DNA of 64,000 nucleotides from Epiperipatus broadwayi (Eukaryota > Animalia > Onychophora), in NCBI GenBank assembly GCA_028023455.1, contig JAQFVV010000007.1, positions 10,602,001-10,666,000 of the forward strand. The letters are read 5' to 3'. Numbering within the stretch: position 1 is the stretch's first letter; every line of letters begins with the position of its first letter. The translations under genes and the position numbers were made by a program. Below the pieces are notes generated by a model. The model was not told where the DNA came from. It ran no database searches and was given only the letters and a program-made list of their open reading frames with translations. Below, piece after piece: positions 50,526 to 62,075 of the stretch.

Positions 50526-53500
50526 AAAAAATTGGAAAAACTCTCTATACATATTGCCATTAAACATCACATGATCACTATTTTCTATGCTAGCACATTA
50601 CTGTTATTAAAACAGGAAAAAATCTCCATACAGTAATGCCACTCAGTGCCAACCAGAGTAATCAATGGATGCCAGAAGGCTTGTGCATAAATTCTTATCT
50701 ATTATCTACTTATCCAATATCCCCAGACTAGTTTCTTGTTTGTGACCTTTGTCAGCAAGGAGCTTTGAATCTGAGAGCACTGCATTTAGATCTTAGTATC
50801 TAATGTAACCCTCCCACAGCCACCTTTTATCTCTACTTAACTACAAAACTATGAGAATAAAATTGAAAACACAATAATATTTTCAATCTAAGCTCAATAG
50901 CCTATATAGTCATATGGATCTGAACCCGGTTCAGTACCCATACCTTTTGGGGGCTTTGGTTCTTTAACAACCATAGCCACTGCTATCCTATTAGGCAGGA
51001 TTGGTGTTAAACCACTAAACTTCACATGATCACTATGTCTTATGCTAGCACATTACGCTAGCACATTACTGTTATTAAAATGGGCAAAACTTTCCATATA
51101 ATAGTGCCACTCAGTGCCAACCAGAGTAAGTAAAGTAGTTAAGTAGAGATAAAAGGTGGCTGCTGGTGGGTTGCATTAGATCCTAAGATTTAGATGCAGT
51201 GCTCTCAGATCCAAAGCTCCTCGCTGATGAATGCCAGAAGCCAGAAACTTGTCTGGGGATATTGGATGAGTAGGCACTAGATAGGGATTTTATGCACAAG
51301 CCTTCTCGCATCCATTGATTACTCTGGTTGGCACTGAGTGGCACTACTGTATGGAGAGTTTTGCCTGTTTTAAGATCAGTAATGCGCTAGCATAAGAAAT
51401 AATAATCATGTGTTATTTAGTGGTTTAACACCAATCCTGCCTAATAGGATAGTGGTGGCTATGGTTGTTAAAGAGCCAAAGACACCAAAATGTTTGGGTA
51501 CTGAACTGGGTTCAGACCCATATGATTATATAGGCTATTGAGCTTAGATTGAAAATATTATTGTGTTTTCCAATTTTATTCTCATAGTTTTGTAGTTAAG
51601 TAGAGATAAAAGGTAGCTGCTGGAGGATTGCATTAGATCCTAAGATCTAGATGCTGTGCTGTCAGATCCAAAGCTCCTGACTGATGAAGGCCACAAGTCA
51701 CAAATGAGTCTGGGGATATTGGATGAGTAGGCACTAGATAGGAATTTTATGCACAAGTCTTCTGGCATCCATTGATTACTCTGGTTGGCACTGAGTGGCA
51801 CTGCTGTTTGGAGAGTTTTGCCTGTTTTAATAACAGTAATGTGCTAGCATAAGAAATAATGATCATGTGATGTTTAGTGGTTTAACACCAGTCCTGCATA
51901 ATAGGATAGTGGTGGCTATGGTTATTAAAAAGCCAAAGATAGCAAAGTTTATGGGTGCTGAACTGGGTTCAGAGACATATGACTATATAAGCTATTGAGC
52001 TTAGATTGAAAATATTATTGTGTTTTTAGTTTTATTCATATAGTTTTGTAGTTAAGTAGAGATAAAAGGTGGCTGCTGGAGAGTTGCATTAGATCCTAAG
52101 ATTTAGATGCAGTGCTCTCAGATCCAAAGCTCCTCACCGATGAAGGCCACAAGCCAGAAACTTGTCTGGGGATATTGGATGAGTAGGCACTAGATAGGGA
52201 TTTTATGCACAAGCTTTCTTGAATCCATTGATTACTCTGGTTGGCACTGAGTGGCACTACTGTATGGAGAGTTTTGCCTGTTTTAATAACAGTAATGTGC
52301 TAGCATAAGAAATAATGATCATGTGATATTTAGTGGTTCAACACCAATCCTGCCTAATAGGATAGTGGTGGCTATGGTTGTTAAAGAGCCAAAGACCCCA
52401 AAATGTTTGGGTACTGAACTGGATTCAGACCCATATGATTATATAGGCTATTGAGCTTAGATTGAAAATATTATTGTGTTTTCAATTTTATTCTCATAGT
52501 TTTGTAGTTAAGTAGAGATAAAAGGTAGCTGCTGGAGTATTGCATTAGATTCTAAGATCTAGATGCAGTGCTCTCAGATCCAAAGCTCCTCACTGATGAA
52601 GGCCACAAGCCACAAACGAGTCTGGGGATATTGGATGAGTAGGCACTAGATAGGAATTTTATGCACAAGTCTTCTGGCATCCACTGATTACTCTGGTTGA
52701 CACTGAGTGGCACTGCTGTATGGAGAGTTTTGCCTGTTTTAATAACAGTAATGTGCTAGCATAAGAAATAATGATCATGTGATGTTTAGTGGTTTAACAC
52801 CAATCCTATATAATAGGATAGTGGTGGCTATGGTTATTAAAAAGCCAAAGGTACCAAAGTTTATGGGTGCTGAACTGGGTTCAGACACATATGACTATAT
52901 AAGCTATTGAGCTTAGATTAAAAATATTATTGTGTTTTCCAATTTTGTTTGTACAGTTTTGTAGTTAGGTAGAGATAAAAGGTGGCTGCTGAAGAGTTCC
53001 ATTTGATCCTAAGATCTAGATGCAGTGCTTTCAGATCCAAAGATCCTCATTGATGAAGGCAACAAGCCAGAAACTAGTGTGGGGATATTGGATGAGTAGG
53101 CACTAGATAGGGATTTTATGCACAAGCCTTCTGGCATCCATTGATTACTCTGGTTGGCACTGAGTGGTACTACTATATGGAGAGTTTTACCTGTTTTTTA
53201 CATATTGCCACTCAGTGCAAGCCAGAGTAATCAATGGATGCCAGAAGGCTTATGCAGAAAATTTTCCATCTAGTGCCTATTCATCCAATATCCGCAGACT
53301 AGTTTCTGGCTTGTGGCCTTTGTCAGTGATTGAGCCTTGGATCTGAGAGCACTGCACCTAGATCTTAGGATCTAATGCAACCCTCTAGCAGTCATCTTTT
53401 ATCTACAAAACTATGAGACTAAATTGAAAACCCTATATTTTGAATCCAAGCTCATCAGCTTATATAGTCATAGGTCTGAACTCAGTTCAGTGCCTATACA

Positions 53501-53670
53501 TTCTAGTCTTGGGATATTGGATGAGTATGCACTAGATCGGAATTTTATGCACAAGACTTCTGGCATCCATTGATTACTCTGGCTTGCACTGAGTGGCAAT
53601 ATGTATAGAGAGGTTTGCTTGTTTGAATAACGGTTAAGAGGAAGCATAAGAAATAGTGATCACATGATGT
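50526..53670 (+). mobile_element. Outer (older) retrozyme family A insertion, split by the nested array
   Basis: TSD tca(t/c)tgcaaagaa at 50513-50525 and 53671-53683 (1 mismatch). Inverted part 50537-50559 plus 53199-~53500; sense part ~53505-53670 ending cacatgatgt. Confidence 0.75.
50560..53198 (-). mobile_element. Nested 2.64-kb retrozyme insertion containing a tandem array of 456-457-bp monomers
   Basis: Perfect 12-bp TSD tacatattgcca at 50548-50559 and 53199-53210. Landmark gtagtta at 51135, 51592, 52048, 52504 and 52961 (periods 457, 456, 456, 457). HHR motifs at 51224, 51681, 52138, 52593 and ~53050. Confidence 0.92.
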
Positions 53671-55568
53671 TCACTGCAAAGAACTTGTTATTATTGTTAT
53701 TTTATTCACTTAATTATTATTTATTGTTAATAAATTAATTATATTTTGTTAATTATGTGGTTTTTATCTTTACTTAGTGAAAGCTCATCAATTATTAATT
53801 TTATATGATCACCTGATTTTATAATTATTATACATTATTTAAACGTACACAACTTAATATCAAATGTTATTCATTATTTTTCTACCCTTACATTATCTTC
53901 ATTTTAATATTTAAGTTATTTATGATATGAATTAAATACAATAAAATGCCCTTTTCTATTTAATCATATCAATAATAATAATTTATAATTTTAAAGATTT
54001 AAAATTTTAAATAATATTTAGACTATTTTATTATTATAACCTTGAAATAACTTTAAATTGAATTTATGTTATATGAAAGCTTAGAATGTGCTAGCCCAAA
54101 TGTAAATATGTTATAGGATTTACTTATTCTTGTAAACCCATAGTTATATTTTAAGCCATAGTAGAATATTGAAATATTATTGTGATTAATAAATACACAT
54201 TTATGTACTGCTTTCTTAAAATAAATATTTATTTATTATAAAGAGCCTTGTAAAATGACTGTGTAAGTGTTTAAAAAGTTAAGCTTGACCTTATTTGATT
54301 GGTAATTGGTTGTAATCATTTTAGCAGTTGTATTTCCATTCAATTAAACTGTCTTTTAATATATTTTTAAGTGAATTTTAGCACCTTCTCTAATTGCAAT
54401 TTTATTTCTTATACTCTTCTAATGAGAGCAATCAACATTTAGAATATTTTAAAAAGAGAATTATAACATAAATAGAATCTGCCTCTTGTAAACAAACATG
54501 CTCAACTTTGCTATAAGTATTTTTTATGGAGCCTGATATTTTTCCTTTCTCTTCTTTGCCAAGTTCAGTGAAGATGTACCCTTACAATGCTAAATTCAAT
54601 ATCATTACATCTATCTTGAGAAAAATCTACATATCAGTTTTATGGTTTTATTGTTGTATTGTGCTTTCTTTCATACAATAACTTTTTTTAAAATTGATAT
54701 TTTAGAAAAAATTAAAACTTAGGTTGCATCTCAGGACCTATGTTTATTTTTCTATTAAAGGATCACCAAGATATTTAAATTGATTTACCCCCTCATTTAT
54801 TCAAATTAGAAATTGCTGAAGATTTTACTTTCACCACTTCTTATCAATAGCCTGAAATTTTTTTTGATTATTTACAAAATCAGAATTGCAATTACAGATT
54901 ATATTCAAAACATGGAGAATATTGTTTATTTCATTCTTTGAATTGGCAAGGATAATAATATCTTGTCAATTCAAAATAAAACTACACCATGAGATATATA
55001 GTGTATAGTCTGTTTTATGATATCACTTTAAAGTATTCCAGAGTTAGACAAACAATTATTTCAAAAATTTTTCACAGATTTTCTCACTTTAGTCAATTAC
55101 ATTGACCAAATTTATAAAAGGAGTATTGAAATCACTTGTTTGCTCATAACACTTCTTTTGCATCTATTTGGCACACGAAATTCCCTGAACTATGCATTTA
55201 TGACTGGCAACAAGATACTTTTTTGAAAGCTTTTTTACTGTAATAGGTATTGATACACCATAAAAATTATGGTCCTATATATGAGGGAACAGACTGATTT
55301 AATGTCAACATGGGTATGACTATAATATTGGCATCATCAAGAACTTTGAGCATTATGTCTTCAGATTTTCAGTGATGTGGATGGCTGAAGAGTTGGACAG
55401 TTGAGAAGATTGAAGACTGCTATCTTAATAAAAAGTGAGCACTGATTATATATATATATGGAGTTGATGTTCTGGACCAACTAGCAAGTGCTTGTCCAGC
55501 ATGAAGTGTCACTTGGATATTTTTATTTAAATGGATATGACCATGTACATTGATTATTTTGGCTATAG

Positions 55569-55618
55569 TGGATGACTGCAGGTAGCTTGAAAGTCTGGGT
55601 TCAAATTCCCTTTAATTA
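55569..55618. repeat. Half copy of the 62076-62183 MITE
   Basis: gatgact...agcttgaaagtctgggttcaaattccctttaatta matches the right arm of that element. Confidence 0.55.
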
Positions 55619-56454
55619 CACATTTAGATTTATAAATTGGAATAATAAAAGCATTATTAAGTTGAAGTAGCCAAATTTTATGAGTAAAATAGTTTATGTA
55701 TTCCAGCAAGATCAAATCTAACACACCAGAGTAATATTTTAAAGCATCACGAACTTCACCACCTCTAACAGTCTTTCAATTTTTAAAATTAAAAATAGCT
55801 GTTTTAACTCTGTTGAATACCTCTATTTAAGTAAATTAATAGAATGAATACATTATTAAATGCAATCATTATTTAAAAATGATAAAGATATTTATTTCAC
55901 TTGTTCAAAATATCATTATCATACACAAAAATGCTTTCCTCTAATTTAATAATATTTTTCATATCAGTATGTTATTTTCAAAGCATGAAAAATAATCCAA
56001 ACTGAATTAATAAAAATTAGTAATAAATTATTAATATATTTGTCTAGTTGGAAGTAATGATGATGGTGATATATATATAATGATATACAACTTCAAATAT
56101 ATATGTTTTAGCACACACACACTCATATATATATATATAATAAAATCAGAGATTACTCTGAAAATTTGAGTATTCATGGAATGAGCTATAACTGATCTTC
56201 ATGGCTAAAATAGGAACTACTGAAATTGAATCATAAAATATCTTAAAGCTATTTGCTAATTTTTAATCACCCTTTACATGTTTGTAATTTATTTTTAAGA
56301 GGTATCTTTTTTATTTTCCCCCAAAATAATGCAATTTTTTCATGAATTGCTTTTTTCTTGAACCATGTTTATTTTTTATTAATATATATTAAATTTTTTT
56401 TATCATCTCCTCTTATACACTTTAATGCAACCTTTTTTATAACTTTTTCTTTAT

Positions 56455-56630
56455 TTGGCTTACAGTTTCAACTGTCCTGCAGTCTTCATCAGAGATCTCT
56501 ATAAGTTTCATTTCTCTCTCTACAACTTTGCAATCTTTTTTTATAATTCTTTCTTTATTTTGCTTACAGTTTTGGCTGTACTGCAGTCTTCATCAGAACT
56601 CTCTATAAGTTTCACTTCTCTCTTTACAGC
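56455..56630 (-). ncRNA. Two tandem minimal hammerheads (family B), period 104 nt
   Basis: Copy 1 (56461-56492): CUGAUGA-A-GACUG-CAGGA-CAGUU-GAAAC-U-GUA. Copy 2 (56565-56596) has AAAAC for GAAAC. Stem II matches the Penelope-like arms at 22.1 and 23.4 kb. Confidence 0.7.
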
Positions 56631-57654
56631 TATAACAGTATATAAAAGGAAATGATAAAAACAATTTAATATATATGAATATATGAAGAGAAATGCAAAA
56701 AAGTAAAGGAGAAGATATAAGAATAATTTATTATTTATTACTGACAAATAGCACAAGTTTTATAATCAAATGACTTCATTTAATTTGGTCCTTTAATTTT
56801 ATATTTTGTTCTAGTTACTGAACTTCCACTTATAAACCTCTTTATTGCTTATGAGGCTCTACATTCATTTATTATTTGTTAAAGAGGAAAAATCCATGCT
56901 TTTTTTTTTAATAAACTGAATGGAATATTAGTCGTACTTCATACTCTGAGCAAACACTGAACACATTAAATATAACCTTTATGCATTCTTGGTGGTTTTT
57001 TCATATAATTGGTTACCTTTGATGAAAGTACTAAGCATTGAAAAGACAATATATTTAACGTTTTTAATGTTTTTCCTGAGCATGAAATGGTATTATTATT
57101 GATTTTAATTTACTATATTCCATGGAGGAATACCATCATGTTTTCTTTTAATAGTAACAACAACAGCAATGATAATAACAACTAAACATTGACAATGACA
57201 GTAATAATAATGACAATAAAAATAATATCAACAACAACAATAATATTAATATAACCATTAGTGAAAACAGAAGCAGAGTTACTCATATTTACAACATATA
57301 TCTTAAGAGAATTCTATCTCTCATGAACATATGCAAGATTAAAAACTTAAATTAGCAATTTCAATATTAAACACCTATTGAGAATAAATCACAGGTGTCA
57401 TTTTTTAACCTGAACTTAGCTATGATTCATCCAACCATTTATTTCTATAGATATTTTTATAATATTGAGTTGGTTTATATTATGACTCTTAATTGTAACA
57501 CAACTTGTAAGATATAACTGCTTTGAGTATTGATGCAACAGTAATTTTTATGCTGCACAAAATGTGTGCAATAGTTAACTTGGGGTTGCACAAATTATAT
57601 TAATATTCTTTATGAAGTATTATAACTTTATCTTTCTTATTGCATTGCCAAATA

Positions 57655-58030
57655 CATATAATATTAATCTCAGCCATGTTCTTTATAACTTTTTACATTT
57701 TTTACAACCCACTATTACAGTTTCGATTGCCTAGCAACCTTCTTCAGAACTATAACAAACACAATACAAATACATAAATACAAATTTACATGAACATATA
57801 AAAAGATAATAATCAATTATATAGAGAGATATATGTGGGTATATAAATAATGATTATAAGATAGAATATGTATATAAAATGTAAAATTATATGTTCATAT
57901 ATATTTGTATTCATGTACTTCTAATGTGTTTGTTATAATTCTGAAGATTTCTAGAGCAATTGAAACTGTCATAGTGGGTTGTAAAAACATTGTAAAAAGT
58001 AATAAAGAACATAAATGATATTAATATTAT
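57655..58030. mobile_element. Inverted pair of Penelope-type terminal repeats with family C hammerheads
   Basis: Arms ~57655-57805 and ~57885-58030. Minus HHR at 57716-57747 (CUGAAGA-A-GGUUGC-UAG-GCAAUC-GAAAC-U-GUA); decayed plus copy at ~57941-57970 ending GAAAC-U-GUC. Confidence 0.65.
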
Positions 58031-58404
58031 ATTAATATTAAATTACTCACTTTTATAGTCATAATCAATATTTCCAACAAGAAATATGATTTTTTTATTT
58101 TTTTACTACATAATAAAGCTTCTAAACTCAACTCTATCTTAAAACATATGATAACGAAAGTGAAATTTATCTCTATAATTTATTTTTGGCAAGCCTTCAT
58201 CAAATGGACCAGATCATTTTCAACACATATCTTTACATATGTTGTAAATTGAATTGTAGCAGGTTATTATGAAAAAAAGTGTGGCCAAAGAATAAACTAA
58301 AGAATAATTCTGTTAGAAATGCACTTTAAATGAATAACATTTATGCTATGATTTGATAATCAACATATTAATCTTTAATTGAATTTAAAGTTTTTATGGG
58401 TTGA

Positions 58405-58604
58405 ATAAACCACTAAACATCACATGATCACCATTTCAGATCCAAGATTTTTCACTGATGAAAGCTACAAGCTAGAAACTAGTCTGGGGATATTGGATGA
58501 GTAGGCACCAGACATGGATTTTATGCACAAGCCAGTCTGCCATCCAATGATTACTCTGGATTGCACTAAGTAGCACTATTATATAGAGAGTTTTTTCTGT
58601 TTTA
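58405..58604 (-). mobile_element. Retrozyme family A insertion with an intact HHR on the + strand
   Basis: TSD atggg(t/c)tga at 58396-58404 and 58605-58613. HHR at 58455-58484: CTGATGA-A-AGC-TACAA-GCT-A-GAAAC-TA-GTC, stem I UUUUCA/UGGGGA. Confidence 0.82.
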
Positions 58605-59089
58605 ATGGGCTGATGAAATCAGTTATGACTATAAAATGATAAATAGTCAAGATTTATTTAAGACTTTGCCCTCAAAGTAGAATATTCAAGATTTAATGCT
58701 TGTAAATTGAATTATAATAAAAGCTTTCATATTATTTCAGCTTTCTAAATTTAATATTGAGTTAGAAGTTCTGATCTGATAAAATGAATATTATTACTAT
58801 TATGTAAAACAATTTTTGAAATGTTTAACCTTTGCAATTATACATTTAAACCTTTCAAAAGAAAATATGCTGTACTGTATTAGACCTCACTATATATCAA
58901 AAACATGGAACCTTCTATGATCTGCTCTTTCAAATGTTAAAATCCACTTGTAAAAGCAGCTACAAAGATTTAAAATCTTTATTGGTATCCCACATTACAA
59001 ACTTGAAATACATCTCAAATAAAGTTTTCACATACTATGTGCTTATATTTTGAAACCCATTTTTGGCCATTATTTAGCATTATTCTCAT

Positions 59090-59459
59090 CACATGATCAC
59101 GATCTCTTATGCTAGCACATAACTGTTATTAAACAGGCAAAACTCTCCATACAGTACTATCACCCATGTCAACCAGAGTAATCAATGGATGCCAGAAGGC
59201 TTGTGCAAAAAATCCCCATCTTGTGCCTCTTAGATCCAAGACTCCTCACTGATGAAGGCCACAAGTCAGAAACTAGTTTGGGGATATTGGGTGAGTAGGC
59301 ACAAGATGGGGATTTTATGCACAAGCCTTCTAGCATCCATTGATTACTCTGGTTGACACAGAGTGGCACAAGATGGGGATTTTATGCACAAGCCTTCTGG
59401 CATCCATTGATTACTCTGGTTGATATAGGGTGACACTACTATATGGAGGGTTTTGCCTG
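59090..59459 (-). mobile_element. Retrozyme family A insertion with an intact HHR on the + strand
   Basis: TSD tta(t/c)tctcat at 59080-59089 and 59460-59469. HHR at 59249-59278 with GUU triplet. 67-bp internal duplication at 59298-59430. Confidence 0.85.
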
Positions 59460-59924
59460 TTACTCTCATTCATATTACAATTGAAGCATGAAATAAACTT
59501 GGGGTGCTGGATCAGCATGAAATTCATCTTAGGGGTATTTATCTTTTTCAGATATTTCAAAAATAAAAGTTTTATGTATATTAATAAAATACTACATATG
59601 GGAAAGGAGAAATGGATTATTCTAGATGTTTATATTGAATTTAAAAAACTAGATATATTAATCTTTAACTGAGAATTAAAGTTTATATCTGAGTTAAGAA
59701 TAATATAATATTCTCTAGATCAGTGAAAGATTAGCAATAATTTATTAATTTGCTAGAAATGATTTGTGTCACATTTGTGATGGCAGAAAGATTGATACTT
59801 GTAAATTAAATTGGACTAATTATAACTAATTACCAAACACCCTATCCTAATCTGATGAAATATATATTGTAAATATTATAATTTCTTTTAAGGTTTTAGT
59901 GATTTTATATTGCTAAATCTATTA

Positions 59925-60150
59925 ATATATGGGGTATCTGAACTTAGTTTAGTTCCATATGGCTATTTGGGTTAAATATCTGGATTTGAAGACATATGGA
60001 TGTCTGAAAATTTCAGATTTTCTACTTAATAGTTAATCATTAGATAAAGTGCAGGGCTTGACCTGATATTTTAAATCTAATGTTTGAATATCCTAACACC
60101 TCATTGATGAAAGCCAGAGCTAGAAACTGGTCTGAGGATAGGGATGTTCT
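59925..60150 (+). mobile_element. Distant retrozyme relative with HHR motif
   Basis: CCUCA-UUGAUGA-A-AGC-CAGA-GCU-A-GAAAC-UG-GUC-UGAGG at 60099-60137. Upstream sequence is weakly similar to family A. Confidence 0.55.
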
Positions 60151-61403
60151 GAACAGCTTGTTATTATTGGCATGCTAATTATATAACATTTGTAAATATT
60201 ATATATATGATGTTAATTTTATCTGTTATTGTTGTATTGGTAAATATCTGCCTTTTTTATAAAATACTTTCACTAATAGTGTAACATCATTAATTAAAAA
60301 AAGTATTAATTATGATTCATGATTTTCTCAAACATATTTACTTTTTAGAATATGAAATAGGTTATTTTTGCTCAGTCAAATCCTGAATATTTGTTGACGA
60401 TAATTGATTGTAATGATGAATAAATTTGTCTTTTTCACTTCCAAACACAACATCAAAACAGACTTTTCTGGATTTTTGTCAATTATTTCTGTTAGTCAGA
60501 ATTTCAAAATACTTAATGTCACCTTTGTTTTTTTATATTCTAACACGGAAAAAAGTCTTGTAAAGTTGATGTTTTATTAAAGTATTTTATTACATCTGCA
60601 TTATCTACAAATTATCATTTCTTATGTCGTTTGTTTCTTTCATGTTTTTTACTTATATATATTGTAGGAAATTTAATTAAAATAACTTAGATTTTTTTCT
60701 TTCAAATATATCTATTTATCATTACCGTTTGGATATTATTTGATACTTACTAGATTATAAGTAACATTAAAATTAATTGCTAATAATAATTAATAGGTGA
60801 TATATCCCTGAATATCATAATATAAATCAAATAAATATTTTACATCTTTTGAAGTCAAGAGAGGATTCCAAACAAGCTTGATGTGGCCTCTTTCTATTAT
60901 TTATTTTTCTGTTTAAAAGCCATAATTATTATTATTTTTTTTATTCTATCCTTACTTCACTACTGGCTCTTATGATACATTCAAAATATTTTGCACCCCA
61001 CTTTGTGATACCTTTAATATACCTCGCATTCATATCATATTTAAATATTTTAAAATTTGTTTTAAATTTTGTTTTATGTTTTTTTGAGCAAAATGAAAAG
61101 TATAAAAGAACCAAACAATTTTCTAGTTGAAGAAATTGATAAAAATAAATCTAAGAGTGAATAGTCGATGCTAATAACTCAATACACTACAATAACTGTA
61201 CGTTTTTAGACCTCTTTTGAATGAAGCAAACGGAAATCCTGGAAAATGAAACTAAATCTATAGTTGTTCATTGTGTTTCAATTTTGCTGTTCTACAAATC
61301 TCTCTAAGTTATTCAGAAATATTAATTTATCCCAAAAGTGATAATGAAATCTTATTTACCATGTGTTTTCATGAATTTGATGTTTTTCATATTTTTCTTC
61401 TAT

Positions 61404-61760
61404 AAACGTCACATGATCACCATCTTATGCATGCTTATAACTGTTATTAAAACAGGCAAAACTCTCCATACATATCGCCACTCAGTGCAAACCAGAGTAA
61501 TCAATGGATGCCAGAATGCTTGTAGTTAAATAGAGATAAAAGGTGGCTTCCAGAGGGTTGCATTAGAGCCTAAGATCTAGCTGCAATGCTCTCAGATCCA
61601 AGACTCCTCACTAATGAAGGCCACAAGCCAGAAACTAATATGGGGATATTGTATGAGTAGGCACTAGATGGGGATTTTATGCACAAGTCTTCTGGCATTC
61701 ATTGATTACTCTGGCTTGCACTGAGTGGCAATATGTATGGAGAGTTTTGCTTGTTTTAAT
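61404..61760 (-). mobile_element. Retrozyme family A insertion, HHR decayed
   Basis: Tail-bearing segment 61404-61523, inverted segment 61524-61760. T-rich TSD candidate tttt(c/t)ttctat on both sides. Confidence 0.82.
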
Positions 61761-61869
61761 TTTTTTTTTCTATTCTACCTATATTTGTAAAACTTTCTCA
61801 GCCCATCAGTTACCAATGTATAAACAAGAAAAGTAAAGCAGAGCATTTTTAATTTCACAACCACGCAAA

Positions 61870-61960
61870 CAATTTATTTTTTATTTTTTCCATGTGACCT
61901 AGAAGCGAATCCGGATCAGCTGCTTGGAAGGCAGCTATCCTAACCATAAGCCACCAACGC
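61870..61960 (-). pseudogene. tRNA-Gly(TCC)-derived SINE head/pseudogene
   Basis: GCGTTGGTGGCTTATGGTTAGGATAGCTGCCTTCCAAGCAGCTGATCCGGATTCGCTTCTAGGTCACATG plus an A-rich tail. Anticodon arm intact; acceptor stem does not pair. Confidence 0.75.
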
Positions 61961-62075
61961 TTGTCCATTTTTATTATTTATACCAATCATTGTTAAAAAA
62001 AAATAGAATGTATTTTTGCTTTTATTAATTGCTATTTGTTTAAATACCATATACTATATATACTTAAGTTAGATG

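Noticed and set aside
51130-53198. CRISPR or ordinary satellite interpretation of the array
   Set aside because: There are no unique spacers and the genome is eukaryotic. HHR motifs, TSDs and dispersed copies point to a retroelement.
11086-61529. ORFs at 11086, 11208, 16122, 16127, 20160, 37435, 53164, 59169, 59430 and 61338 as a protein family
   Set aside because: They are chance frames across the non-coding retrozyme repeat; they appear on both strands and are not conserved in frame between copies.
61891-61960. Functional tRNA-Gly gene
   Set aside because: The acceptor stem does not pair and the T-arm is mutated; treated as a SINE head or pseudogene.
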